A stretch of DNA of 64,000 nt, taken from positions 512,001 to 576,000 of the forward strand of contig CBDBKE010000002.1 in assembly GCA_965206645.1 (NCBI GenBank), written 5' to 3'. This document shows positions 1 to 10,249 of this stretch, in pieces. Both the position numbers and the translations under genes were made by a program. Every line of letters begins with the position of its first letter. Position 1 is the stretch's first letter. Below the pieces are notes generated by a model that was not told the DNA's origin, made no database searches, and saw only the letters and a program-made list of their open reading frames with translations. The DNA comes from Terriglobia bacterium (GTDB lineage: Bacteria; Acidobacteriota; Terriglobia; JAJPHL01; JAPKYU01).

Positions 1-99
1 AAGCGATCCTCGAAGGATCAAAGTCGGCCACTCGACGGGAGGTGGCGTAGTCGGATGGCTCCGAACCGCCGCTACGAACTTTCAACTGAGTTCAGGACA

Positions 100-947
100 C
101 CCTTTTGTTCAATCGAGACGGCGACTGTCTGGCGGCCCAGCTGCGCTCAGGGAATGTCCACAGCGCCGAGGACTCGGATGAACTATTGCTGCCGGAGATC
201 GAACGACAGCAGGCTGAAGGCAAACAGATCACCTTTCGCGTCGACGCCGCCTTCGCCAAGCCGGAGATCTACGAGGCGATGGAAGAGCGTGGCGTGGACT
301 ACGTGGTCCGCATTCCGGCCAATAGGACCTGGAGCTGGAGATCGAGGACATCCTGTTTCGGCCGCCGGGCGGGCCCTCCCGCAAACCCTTGGTGCGCTAC
401 AAGAGTTTCCGCTATCAGGCGGGGAGTTGGTCGAGGGCCAGAAGAGTTGTCGCCAAGGTGGAGCATCACCAGGGCGAGCTATTCCCGCGCGTCGGATTCA
501 TTGTGACGAGCACGAGCTTGCCGAGTCGCTCGTTGGTGCGGTTCTACAACAAGCGCGGCACGGCCGAGCAGTGGATCAAAGAGGGCAAGCAGGCGACGAA
601 CTGGACGCGTCTGTCGTGTCATTGTTTTCGGGCCAACGAAGTGCGGTTGCAACTTGCAGTGCTGGCGTACAACCTGGGGAACTTGTGGCGACGGCTCGGG
701 CTGCCTCACAGGATCAAGACGTGGTCACTGACGAGTTTGCAGCAGCGGCTGATGAAGACCGGCGGGCGGCTGGTCAAGCATGCCCGGTATTATTGGCTGC
801 TGCTGGTTGAGAGGCATCTGAACCGGCAACTGTTCGGAGCGATGGTGGGGCGGCTAGATGGGCTGCCGCTTCCGTCGGGACAGCTCAGGCTGTGGCAGCA
901 TCCAAGAAAACGATTCCGCTATCTCCCCAGGAATGGAGAGTTGCCGC
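100..947 (+). pseudogene. IS1380-family transposase remnant (5'-truncated, frameshifted, stop mutated)
   Basis: ORFs 105-506 and 389-982 carry LFNRDGDC/GNVHSA/DAAFAKPE and FYNKRGTAEQWIKEGKQA, matching the intact copy at 4863-6191. Frameshift near 330. TAG>CAG at ~881. Confidence 0.9.
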
Positions 948-965
948 TGACCAGACCGATTTTTT
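948..965. mobile_element. 18-bp remnant of the IS3-family terminal inverted repeat
   Basis: TGACCAGACCGATTTTTT is identical to the IS3 ends at 11739 and 22504. Confidence 0.75.
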
Positions 966-1347
966 CGAGAAATGGTCCTTGATGAGCCTCCAGCAGCGGC
1001 TGGTGAAAACCGGAGGACGGCTCGTAAAACACGCACGGTACTACTGGCTCCTGCTGGCCGAGGGCCATTTGACCCGACGGCTGTTTGCCAGCATGCTGGG
1101 GCGGATCGATGGATGGGCACTCCCGTCGGGATAGCCTGGGCTACGGCACACAAGAAAACGATGCCGCTATCCCCCAGGTATGGAGAGTTGTCTGAAAAAG
1201 CTGGGTTTGGATGCTGATTGGACGGTTTTAGGGGACCCCGAAAGGGACGCTCGGAGCCGATGGTCCTCTCGGAGAAAACATTGTACTCGCTGGGACGCAG
1301 ATGCGTGTATATTTTCAATCGCCGGAAGGCCAAAAAGGAAATTCCGG
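965..1347 (+). mobile_element. IS1380 3' fragment with right inverted repeat
   Basis: Near-identical inverted copy of 4650-5032. Ends GGCCAAAAAGGAAATTCCGG. Confidence 0.92.
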
Positions 1348-1555
1348 TAGAATACTAGCACCGCACTGCACAAAGGTATCGCCAATCGAATCAGTACTGC
1401 AATGCCGTTTCGTAACACTTAACGTCCTTATAACACCCAGACGAAGCGACCTTGAAGGAAGTCATGCGGCGGTTCGGGGCGATCGGGCTCCCGACCTACG
1501 TCATCCTTGAGCCGAACACGCTACGCCAGCCGCCCCCCGAACCGACGGCCAAAGG

Positions 1556-4282
1556 CTAGGCGGTCGCCGATTTGCGCGGGAGGCCGGCCTTTGCGGTTTT
1601 TGCCCGAAGCTGCTTGATGCTCTTCTCCATGCGTTCGGCCATCTCTCGCTCGTGCTTCAGCGCCTGGAGCGTATTCTGCGACTCCTGCATGGTGAAGTCG
1701 ACACGGGCCAGTTTCTCGGTCAGATTGTCGATGATCGACTTCTGCTCGACGAGTGTTTCGAGATTCACGCTCACGTCCTCGAGCAGGTTCGAGATGAGAT
1801 TCGTTTTCGCCTGAACCTCGTCCACCGTTTCCTGTCGCCCTTCGATGGCGGCGACCTTCTCCTCGGTTTCTCGCGCTGTGGTCAGAAGATCGTTGATCTG
1901 ACTCCGCACGGCAGCCACCTCGTCCCGGTGATCTGTCACGAACTGCAGGTCCGCCCGGCTGCGCGCGCTGATCTCGTGGACGCTGTCCACTTCGGTCTTG
2001 ACGGCCCCCACCACCGCCTGTCGCGCGAGAATACCCTTGATCGTCTGATCGAGGGTGCCGGCTTTGTCTGACAGCTCGGCCATCTTCGCTTCGACGAGCG
2101 CGACCTTCTTTTCCGAGAATGCGAGCAGGCCCTGCCGCTGCTCGATCTGCTTGTACATCGTTTCAGTGCGCTTGACCTGATCCTCGGTCGTCTCGACCTG
2201 CGCCGTCGCGTCCCGCTGGCGGGTTTGGATGCGCGCGAGTTCTGATATCAACTCATCTTTCATGGCGGCGGCACGGACCAGTTCGTCGTTCAGCGCCTGG
2301 GTCTGTTTCATTCGCTCGCTGATCTCGCCGGCCAGCGCGCGGCTTGTTTCGACACATTCCGCCAGTCGCGTCTCCTGCTCGCGCAGGACAGCCTCGTCTT
2401 GCTGGACCTCCTTGACGCGGCTGTGAGTCGCCTCAATGCGCGTCTCGAGGGCGGACAGGCGATCGGTGACGGGGAGCAGCTCTCGCTGCCGTGCCGCCAC
2501 CGACTCGATCTTCTGCTGCGCATCGAGCGTCTGCGCGAGGACCGCGTCGCACTGACTCTTCAGGGTGTCGAGCTCGGAGCGGCGGGCGAGCTGCTCGGCC
2601 AGCTTGCCGTCCACTTCAACAGTGAGCGTGTGCAGGCCGTCGATCCGGGCTTCCAGCTTGTCGACGAACTGCGTCCGGTCTGAAAGCCGATCCATCTTGG
2701 TGTCCAGCTCACCGGCCAGTTCACCCAGCCGGGCCGTCTGCTTGATCCCTTCATCGGCCAGCGCCAGCTTTCCATTGATCGCGTTCAGCATGGCGTCGAG
2801 CTGCGGCGTGCGGGCCATGAATGCCGTGATCCGCTCGCTGAAGGCTTCGAGCGCGTCGCGGTCGGCTGCCAGCTTGTCGCCAAGCCGGGCGACCTGGGCG
2901 TGGGACTCGTGGAACTTATAAATGTCCCCGCGCAGCGTCTCGAGCTCCTGTCGCCCCTGCTTCAGCGTCTCCTGTTGCAGGACCGTCCGTTTCGCCAACT
3001 CCTCGACCTGCGCGAGACGGCCCTGCAGCATATCGAGTCCAGCCTGCTTCTTCGCTAGTTCGTCTGCCTGCACAGAGAGTTCCTGGAAGCTCTGGTTCAG
3101 GACATCCGCCTTCTGGTGGAGCTGGGAGAGATTCCGCTCCTTAACGCCGAGTGCCTCCATGCTGGCTTCGGCTTCCTTGACCGCGTCCTGCAGTGCGCGC
3201 AGCCGCAAGTCGAGCGCCTCGAATTCCTTCTTCTCGAGCGCAACGCGCTCGAGGGACGCGCGCAAGCTATCCATGAGCGCCCGCCCATCCTTTTCAAACC
3301 GCGCCGACTCGCGCGCCATGTCGTCGCGGGCCTTTGTCACCCCTTCGACCGAGGCGTTGGTCTGCTGGACGAGTGTCTCAATGCGGCCGATGGTCTCCTC
3401 GCTGCGGTGGACCTCCTTCGCGCCTTCGTTCAGCCGGTTGATCTGAACGTCCATGTCCCAGACCATTTCGTTCAGTCGCTTGGCTTCGACGACGGCCCGT
3501 TCCACCGTCGATCGCTGGCTCTCGAGGGCCTTGGTCTTCTGTGAGACATGCTCGGCCATGGCGTTGAGGCCGGCAAGCTTCTCTTCGGTCGTCTTGCTCA
3601 GCTCCTGGATCTGCATCAGCGGGCCGAGTTTCCGCTCCAGTTCCTTGAGCGACTCCGCGGCTGCAACGGAATCCTCGCGTACTTCTTTGGACGCGTCGCG
3701 CAGCCGCGCGTAGTCCTGCGATAGATGGCCGGCGGTACCGCGGACCTGATCGAGCTCGGCCTTGACCACCGCGGCGTCGTCGATCGTGCTCTTGACCTCA
3801 TCCTGCGTCTTGCGCAGTTCGGTCCGGGCCTCCTCCAGGGTGGCCTGCTCTTGCTTGAGGGCATCAAGGCCTGCCTGGGTCTTGAGCATCTGCGACGAGA
3901 GGTGCTGGACGGACTTTCGGTGCTTCTGTAGATCACTGCCAGGAGCCAACAAGCCCTCCGCGTTCTGCTGAGCTTGCTCCGCGATCGCCAGCAGCGCCTG
4001 TATGCGCGCATCGATCTCCGCAAATGTCCGGGTTCGTTCCTCAAGGCCGGCGATGCGCTTGTCGACGTCAGCAACCTTCTGGCCCGTCGCGACCGTCTTC
4101 GCGTCGAACTGTTCGAGCGTCTTGCCGACCCGGGTCAACGTCGAACCGCGCAGGGTAATCTGTGCGAGCAGGGCGTTGAGGGCGCTTTGTTCTTCCTTCG
4201 CCGCCAGGATCAAGGCCTCGAAATCCGCGGCCTGCTTTCTCGTCCGGCTAGCGCCCATCAAATTCTTGAGTGCATCGAGCAT
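1556..4282 (-). CDS. 908-aa long coiled-coil protein, no recognisable catalytic domain
   Basis: AGGAGG RBS before ATG at 4282. Heptad-rich E/K/L/A/Q composition throughout. No Walker A motif seen. Confidence 0.85.
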   Translation of the reverse strand: MLDALKNLMGASRTRKQAADFEALILAAKEEQSALNALLAQITLRGSTLTRVGKTLEQFDAKTVATGQKVADVDKRIAGLEERTRTFAEIDARIQALLAIAEQAQQNAEGLLAPGSDLQKHRKSVQHLSSQMLKTQAGLDALKQEQATLEEARTELRKTQDEVKSTIDDAAVVKAELDQVRGTAGHLSQDYARLRDASKEVREDSVAAAESLKELERKLGPLMQIQELSKTTEEKLAGLNAMAEHVSQKTKALESQRSTVERAVVEAKRLNEMVWDMDVQINRLNEGAKEVHRSEETIGRIETLVQQTNASVEGVTKARDDMARESARFEKDGRALMDSLRASLERVALEKKEFEALDLRLRALQDAVKEAEASMEALGVKERNLSQLHQKADVLNQSFQELSVQADELAKKQAGLDMLQGRLAQVEELAKRTVLQQETLKQGRQELETLRGDIYKFHESHAQVARLGDKLAADRDALEAFSERITAFMARTPQLDAMLNAINGKLALADEGIKQTARLGELAGELDTKMDRLSDRTQFVDKLEARIDGLHTLTVEVDGKLAEQLARRSELDTLKSQCDAVLAQTLDAQQKIESVAARQRELLPVTDRLSALETRIEATHSRVKEVQQDEAVLREQETRLAECVETSRALAGEISERMKQTQALNDELVRAAAMKDELISELARIQTRQRDATAQVETTEDQVKRTETMYKQIEQRQGLLAFSEKKVALVEAKMAELSDKAGTLDQTIKGILARQAVVGAVKTEVDSVHEISARSRADLQFVTDHRDEVAAVRSQINDLLTTARETEEKVAAIEGRQETVDEVQAKTNLISNLLEDVSVNLETLVEQKSIIDNLTEKLARVDFTMQESQNTLQALKHEREMAERMEKSIKQLRAKTAKAGLPRKSATA

Positions 4283-4649
4283 GATCAACCCTCCTATGTG
4301 GCACAAATAAAAGCGCTATGGCGCTTCTCCCAGCGAAAGAATCCGAGATTCCCATTTTGGTCGCCGAGTCAGGGCCCATGAACACTGAAACCACCTCCAG
4401 ACGGCCGAATCAGACGGCGGGTGCGGCGCTTGCGGGCGGCGTTGCTCCCGAGGCCGAGGCGCAGTCATGGCGCTCGGCTCGGCATATAATATGCCAAGTC
4501 AAAACGCTCGTTGGATGTCAAGCCTTTTGTCGAGATATCCATAATCCGTTGGTCGCCATTCCTGAACTTCCCAAACAGACATGCGCACGCGCAGCGTCCC
4601 GCTCACCGTGACGCGGGACGGTCGAAACCGTCCCATATTAGCCAATTTA

Positions 4650-6297
4650 CCGGAATTTCCTTTTTGGCCTTCCGGCGATTGAAAATATACACGCATCTGC
4701 GTCCCAGCGAGTACAATGTTTTCTCCGCGAGGACCATCGGCTCCGAGCGTCCCTTTCGGGGTCCCCTAAAACCGTCCAATCAGCATCCAAACCCAGCTTT
4801 TTCAGACAACTCTCCATACCTGAGGGATAGCGGCATCGTTTTCTTGTGTGCCGTAGCCCAGGCTATCCCGACGGGAGTGCCAATCCATCGATCCGCCCCA
4901 GCATGCTGGCAAACAGCCGTCGGGTCAAATGGCCCTCGGCCAGCAGGAGCCAGTAGTACCGTGCGTGTTTTACGAGCCGTCCTCCGGTTTTCACCAGCCG
5001 CTGCTGGAGGCTCGTCAAGGACCATTTCTCGATTCTCTGTGGCAGCACTAGCCGTCGCCATAGGTTGCCCAGGTTGTAGGCGATGATCGTCAGCCAAAGC
5101 CGTACCTCGTTAGATCGGAACTTGTGGCAACTGAGCCGCGTCATCTTCACCGCCTGCTTGCCTTCCTTGATCCACTGTTCTGCGGTGCCGCGCTTGTTAT
5201 AGAACCGCACCACCGCCCGATTCGGCAGCGTCAGATTCGTTACAATGAACCCCACTCGCGGGAACAACTCCCCGGAATGATGCTCTACTTTCGCCACCAC
5301 CCTTCGAGCCGTCTTCCAACCGGCTGCCTGGTACAAGAACCCCTTGTACTCGACCAGCGGTTTCTTGGTGGGCCTTCCCACGGGGCGTTTCAGTAGCTCT
5401 TCGATGTCTCGCTGCAGAATATCGTTGGCCGGGATGCGAATTGCGTACTTCACACCCCGTTCCTCCAATGCCTCGTACACCTCCGGCTTGGCAAAGGCCG
5501 CGTCCGCCCGAAACGCAATCTCTTTTCCCATTCTTTGCTGGCGCTCAATCTCGGGTAACAGGAGTTTCTCCCAACCCTCGGCACTGTGCACGTTGCCCGG
5601 ACGGACCTGGGCCGCCAGACAGTCGCCGTCTCGATTGAACAAAAGCAGCGGGTGATAGCAAGTGGACTCGAAGTGCCCGTTGTAGGCGCTCTGTTCCTGC
5701 TCCCCGTAGACCGGAATCTCGGTTGAGTCCATATCCAGCACCGCTCGGTAGTGCCACTGGAAGGCTTCGACCTTTCCGATCAGTTCCCGGTTGATCCGGG
5801 CTAACCCGACGAAGTTCTCCACCTTCGCCAGCATCTCCGTCTCGAAAGTTTGCAACCTGGAGGTCAGCGCCGCGCCTCGTTCCCAAGTCTTCTCTGAACC
5901 AATCAGCCGAAAGGTCGGGTCTTGCGACAGCCGCTCGGCATCATTTACATCCTCGTATCCAGCTAGGCGACTGTAGACCGACTGCCGCAGCAAGTCCGCG
6001 AAAGAAAACCGAGCATTGTTTGCCCGCGAATCGGTCAGGTGCTCGTCAATGAGTTCGCTGAATCCCAGACGCTCATCCAACTCCCGGACCAGAATCAGTC
6101 CACCATTGGAAGTCACCCGTGATCCCTGAAACCCGACTCGCAGAAATCGGTTGAACGACAGCTGAAATCCCTGTTTTCCGCTCTCACCCATTGGGTTTAC
6201 GCCTCCGAACGCTCCGATTGATGCTGCAACCAGTATCAATATTGACGTTGGAGGTTAGCTGAAGGTTGCCGCTGCGTTTCCAAAAAGGAAATCCGGG
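4650..6297 (-). mobile_element. Complete IS1380-family element
   Basis: Ends CCGGAATTTCC (4650) and GGAAATCCGGG (6297). TTTA on both flanks is a probable target duplication. Confidence 0.92.
4863..6191 (-). CDS. IS1380-family DDE transposase
   Basis: TSNGGL, LDMDST, RADAAF and YNKRGTAEQWIKEGK motifs. Confidence 0.95.
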   Translation of the reverse strand: MGESGKQGFQLSFNRFLRVGFQGSRVTSNGGLILVRELDERLGFSELIDEHLTDSRANNARFSFADLLRQSVYSRLAGYEDVNDAERLSQDPTFRLIGSEKTWERGAALTSRLQTFETEMLAKVENFVGLARINRELIGKVEAFQWHYRAVLDMDSTEIPVYGEQEQSAYNGHFESTCYHPLLLFNRDGDCLAAQVRPGNVHSAEGWEKLLLPEIERQQRMGKEIAFRADAAFAKPEVYEALEERGVKYAIRIPANDILQRDIEELLKRPVGRPTKKPLVEYKGFLYQAAGWKTARRVVAKVEHHSGELFPRVGFIVTNLTLPNRAVVRFYNKRGTAEQWIKEGKQAVKMTRLSCHKFRSNEVRLWLTIIAYNLGNLWRRLVLPQRIEKWSLTSLQQRLVKTGGRLVKHARYYWLLLAEGHLTRRLFASMLGRIDGLALPSG

Positions 6298-6315
6298 TTT
6301 AATAGCTGAGAGTAG

Positions 6316-6349
6316 ATAGGTCCCGCCTAGTCGGCTAGATCCACGTCAC
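6316..6349 (-). repeat. 34-bp family-A site, one arm only (spacer GCCGAC)
   Basis: Reverse complement ends CTA-GCCGAC-TAG-GCGGG-ACCTAT, matching 17866-17899. Confidence 0.65.
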
Positions 6350-6365
6350 ACCATCCAGGCAGAAC

Positions 6366-6399
6366 ATAGGTAAACACTAACTCGTTAGGCAGGATCTAT
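6366..6399 (+). repeat. 34-bp family-A site (spacer ACTCGT)
   Basis: ATAGGT AAACA CTA ACTCGT TAG GCAGG ATCTAT. 6347-6375 is identical to 17723-17751. Confidence 0.8.
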
Positions 6400-6528
6400 C
6401 CGCGTTTGGTGGTCAGAAGTACTGTTGTCGCCACGTGTCGATTGGCCAGCACTAGGTTTCTCGAACAAAACCTGAATTGGGGTTACGCCGAGCGGACGGT
6501 GACGTAGCAGTTCGCTTCACCTCCGGGC

Positions 6529-8913
6529 CTAACCGTCGACCACGATCAGCTCCCGTGTTGCGGTCCCGCCCTCGGTCAGGCCGATCTCCTCATCGTTGTG
6601 CCAGATCGTCAGATCCCGCCCCCTACGCACGTGGTAGGTCACTTGCGCCGCGTCACGGTCCATCGTGACCACCAGTTCCTGGCTGCGCACCCGCAGCGGG
6701 AAACTCAGCTTCTTGAACACTCGGGGCAGCCGCGGCTGAAACGTCAGGCGGCCTCCGTAGTCGCGCATGCCTGCAAGTCCGTAGGTGAACACCATCCATG
6801 TTCCGCCCATCGAGGCGATGTGGCACCCGTCGCTCACGTTCTCGCCAACGTCGGCTAGGTCCATCAAAATTGCGTACCGACCGTACTCCAACGCTTTCTG
6901 GTACTGGCCAATCTCGGCGGCGACGATGCTTTGGATACAGGCCGACAGCGAGGAATCCCCCGTCGTCAGCGCATCGTAGTACTCGAAATTGCGCTTCTTC
7001 TGCACATTGCTGAAATCGTTGCCCAGCAGGAACATGGCTAGCACGATATCGGCCTGCTTGATCACCTGGTGGCGATAGATCACCAGCGGGTGGTGGTGAA
7101 GCAGCAGCGGATACTTCTCCGGCGGGGTGTTGGCGAAATCCCAGATCTCGTGCTCTTGAAAGTCCTCGTCCTGCGGGTGGATGCCGGCTTCCTCGTCGTA
7201 CGGCACGTACATGTTGTCGGCAGCTCGTTGCCACTGGTCCGCCTCGCCCGCCTCGAGCCGCGTGGCGTGAACCAGCCTTTCGTAGAGCGCCGGGTGCTCC
7301 ACCTTCAGTGTGCGAACTGTCCGAGCCGCGTAACGCAGATTCTCACGGGCCATCAGGTTGGTGAACGTGTTGTTGTCCACCACCGTGGTGTACTCGTCCG
7401 GACCCGTCACCGAGTGGATGCAGAATTTCCCTTTCTTCTCGTTGAAGAACCCGTAGTCCACCCACATCCGCGCCGTCTCCACCAGCATCTCCGCTCCCTG
7501 CACAAACAGGAAGTCGATATCCCCGGTGGCGTTCACGTACTTCTGCAGCGCGTACATGATATCGGCGTTGATGTGGATCTGCGCCGTCCCTGCCGCGTAA
7601 TACGCCGAGGCCTCGGCGCCGTTGATTGTCCGCCACGGAAACAAAGCGCCGCGGCTGTTCAACTCCTTCGCCCGTTCCCGCGCGAGGTTCAGCATGCTGT
7701 GCCGGAACCGCAACAGATTGCGCGCAATCCTGGGTTCCGTGTAAATCAGGAACGGCAGCACGTACATCTCCGTGTCCCAGAAGTAGTTCCCGTCGTATGT
7801 CTGCCCCGTGAGCCCCTTGGCCGGGACACCGGCTCCCTCGGCTCGGGCGGTTGCCTGCAGGATCTGGAACAGGTTCCACCGGATCGCCTGCTGGAACGTG
7901 CCGGCCGGCTCGTCCATCAGCTCCGGGTCCTCTTCCACGACCACATCGCTGCGGCGCCAAAAGTCATCCAGGAATCGCCGCTGGGTCTCCAGCAGATCGG
8001 CAAAACCGTGGCGGGTCGTGCGGTCGAGGGTACGCTTTGTCCGATCCATCAGCTCTCTCACCGGCGCCCCGCGAGAAGAATGGTAGGCGAGGTATTTGAA
8101 GATCCGGATCGTTTTGCCCGGCTCGGCGTCCACCGTGAAAACCACCTTCCCATACTCCCCGTTCAACTCGGTGTGATAGGTCATCGGGCAGGCCGTCTCG
8201 ATCTCATGGTCTATTCCGCAAGCCAGTGTCATTCCGCTCCGCCGGGTCCGGTAACCCAGGATCACCCGCCGGTTGCAGTGATCGTGAACTTGCGGAACCA
8301 ACGGAGACTCGGCGAACCCTTTCGCCTGCCGCGGATCGCCGCTGTCGTTTTGTCGCTTCGCGATGGGGAGGTTGACCAGTTGAGAAGACACCAAAACCGG
8401 CGCCTTCGCGTTGACGACGGTCACCTCGTAGCAGATCGCCGCCACGTGCCTGTGCTCGAACGATACCAGGCGCTGTGACCTGACGTGCACCACCTTCCCC
8501 GCCGCCGTCTCCCAAACCAGGTCCCGTTCCAGCACGCCGTTGCGCATGTCCAGTGCCCGCTCGAAAGTCGACAGGTCCGCCGTCGGTAAGTAGAGCGGCT
8601 CATCATCGACATAGAGCTTGAGAAGGCGGCCGTCCGGCACGTTGACGATCGTCTGACCCGTTTTGGGAAATCCGTACGCCTCCTCGCCATAAACAATCGG
8701 CCATGTCTCGTGAAATCCGTTAATGAACGTCCCGCTCTGATGAACCGGACGCCCCTCTTCGAAATTGCCCCGCATGCCCAGGTAGCCGTTCCCGACCGAG
8801 AAAATCGTTTCGGTTTGCGCCAGCAACTTTGGATAAAAAGCCCGCTCAACCATGCGCCACTTGTCGACCGGGTACACGTACCTAGGTGGGCGTTTCGTTT
8901 TGTGACGGATCAT
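6529..8913 (-). CDS. Glycoside hydrolase family 65 (trehalose/maltose/kojibiose phosphorylase-like)
   Basis: ETIFSVGNGYLGMRG, KGLTG..YDGNYFWDTE, GPDEY, KQAD and DSSLS motifs. Confidence 0.93.
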   Translation of the reverse strand: MIRHKTKRPPRYVYPVDKWRMVERAFYPKLLAQTETIFSVGNGYLGMRGNFEEGRPVHQSGTFINGFHETWPIVYGEEAYGFPKTGQTIVNVPDGRLLKLYVDDEPLYLPTADLSTFERALDMRNGVLERDLVWETAAGKVVHVRSQRLVSFEHRHVAAICYEVTVVNAKAPVLVSSQLVNLPIAKRQNDSGDPRQAKGFAESPLVPQVHDHCNRRVILGYRTRRSGMTLACGIDHEIETACPMTYHTELNGEYGKVVFTVDAEPGKTIRIFKYLAYHSSRGAPVRELMDRTKRTLDRTTRHGFADLLETQRRFLDDFWRRSDVVVEEDPELMDEPAGTFQQAIRWNLFQILQATARAEGAGVPAKGLTGQTYDGNYFWDTEMYVLPFLIYTEPRIARNLLRFRHSMLNLARERAKELNSRGALFPWRTINGAEASAYYAAGTAQIHINADIMYALQKYVNATGDIDFLFVQGAEMLVETARMWVDYGFFNEKKGKFCIHSVTGPDEYTTVVDNNTFTNLMARENLRYAARTVRTLKVEHPALYERLVHATRLEAGEADQWQRAADNMYVPYDEEAGIHPQDEDFQEHEIWDFANTPPEKYPLLLHHHPLVIYRHQVIKQADIVLAMFLLGNDFSNVQKKRNFEYYDALTTGDSSLSACIQSIVAAEIGQYQKALEYGRYAILMDLADVGENVSDGCHIASMGGTWMVFTYGLAGMRDYGGRLTFQPRLPRVFKKLSFPLRVRSQELVVTMDRDAAQVTYHVRRGRDLTIWHNDEEIGLTEGGTATRELIVVDG

Positions 8914-9015
8914 GACTCCACACCGAGCTATCCTAGAATTCCCAAGTTCGTGAAGGCCAGCGTTTCAGGGTGCCTCGGCGCCGGTCCGCCTCAGCCTGCC
9001 CAAACGGGTACTGCC

Positions 9016-9753
9016 TTAGCAGCCGAACTCTCTCAAGTCTTCCACGACGATATCGGCCCCCGCCCGGCGCAATCGGTCCGGGTCGTGATGACGGTCCACG
9101 CCGATCACCAGACCGAAACCGCCCGCCCTGCCCGCCTGCACCCCGGAGATCGCGTCTTCCACCACCACCACCCGCGAAGGCTCCACTCCCAGCTGTCGCG
9201 CCGCCTCCAGAAATGAGTTCGGCGCCGGTTTGCCGGCCAAGCCCAGACGGGCAGCCACGTGGCCGTCCACCCGGCAGTCGAACAGGTCCGCAATCCCCGC
9301 CGCTCCGAGGGTCAGCTCACAGTTCTTGCTGGCCGAAACCACGGCCGTCTTTACTCCGATTTTCCGCAGGTGCCGGACCCACCTGATCGAGCACTCGTAG
9401 GTCTCCACTCCGCAGGTCCGGATCAACTCCACCACGAGATCGTTCTTCCGGTTGCCGAGCCCGCAGATCGTCTCCCGGTCGGGCGGGTCCGGTGGCTCGC
9501 CTTCGGGCAACTCGATGCCCCGCGAACGCAGGAATCCGCGCACGCCGTCATAGCGCAGCTTGCCGTCGGTGTACTCTCGGTAGTCGGTCGCAATCTCGAA
9601 GGGAACAAACTGCTCTCCAGCGCGCTCGGCCCGCTGCTTCAGATAGCGGTCGAACATCTCTTTCCAGGCCGTTGCGTGAACCTTGGCGGTCTGCGTCAAC
9701 ACCCCGTCCATATCGAACAGCACAGCGTCCCATTTTTCCCGGTCGAATTTCAT
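9016..9753 (-). CDS. Beta-phosphoglucomutase-family HAD hydrolase
   Basis: FDMDGV, SASKN, GKPAP and EDAISG HAD motifs. Adjacent to GH65. Confidence 0.9.
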   Translation of the reverse strand: MKFDREKWDAVLFDMDGVLTQTAKVHATAWKEMFDRYLKQRAERAGEQFVPFEIATDYREYTDGKLRYDGVRGFLRSRGIELPEGEPPDPPDRETICGLGNRKNDLVVELIRTCGVETYECSIRWVRHLRKIGVKTAVVSASKNCELTLGAAGIADLFDCRVDGHVAARLGLAGKPAPNSFLEAARQLGVEPSRVVVVEDAISGVQAGRAGGFGLVIGVDRHHDPDRLRRAGADIVVEDLREFGC

Positions 9754-10155
9754 GACGCTGATCCCGCTGACTCTCCGCTGACGGCCCACCGCGTCTCATA
9801 CGCAAGGTAGCCGTTGCCGGCACGGAAGTAGCCATCACTGTCCGCTAGAGCGGACGCAACTGACAAAAGCGCCCAAGCGATCAAGACTGCGGTGGTCACT
9901 CTCATGATCGAACGTTACCTCATGTCGTTTAACTGATGTTTAGGCCGACCTGGATAAAAGGGGTCCTGATCGGCCTGAGACGAAACCGCCAGCGGCGAGC
10001 CGGGCCGGCAACCGCTTTGATTGTAACGATTTCTCCCATGTCCGACAACTTTCCTCCCAGTGTTAGGCCGACCGGTCAGTCCCGGATAATCCCGCCTGTC
10101 GCCAAGAATGCCGGATATATCTCGTCTGACGCCCCAGTTCTTTCCGATCCTGCTG

Positions 10156-10249
10156 CCAACTCCCTTAAAGTCGGCATAGCGGAAACTGACCCTCTACGCC
10201 CGCCAGGGTAGTGGGCCAGTTTCCGATAAGCGCGTTATACATCCAAGTG
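10156..10249. repeat. Inverted pair of family-B 34-bp sites with hairpin linker (copy 1)
   Basis: 10216-10249 = CCAGTT TCCGA TAA GCGCGT TAT ACATC CAAGTG. Inverted partial site at 10156-10189 has spacer GCCGAC. 10187-10215 is identical to 15708-15736. Confidence 0.8.

Noticed and set aside
1459-1520. Thioredoxin/DsbD-like C-terminal fragment (RRFGAIGLPTYVIL)
   Set aside because: Too short to support without a database search.
4481-4500. GGCATA-TAA-TATGCC palindrome / partial B right arm
   Set aside because: Single short palindrome with no matching left arm. Could be an operator, but unsupported.
7069-8478. Long antisense ORFs (also 35090-36205, 41936-43018, 55270-56787)
   Set aside because: Shadows of well-supported genes on the opposite strand in high-GC DNA.
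9937-10140. TTAGGCCGACC repeat (x2) and CCGGATA half-sites
   Set aside because: May be decayed sites, but they do not fit the 14-6-14 pattern well enough to call.
10219-10248. Canonical XerCD dif site
   Set aside because: The left arm GTTTCCGATAA is XerC-like, but no TTATGTTAAAT-type arm follows at 6-bp spacing. Kept only as an alternative for family B.
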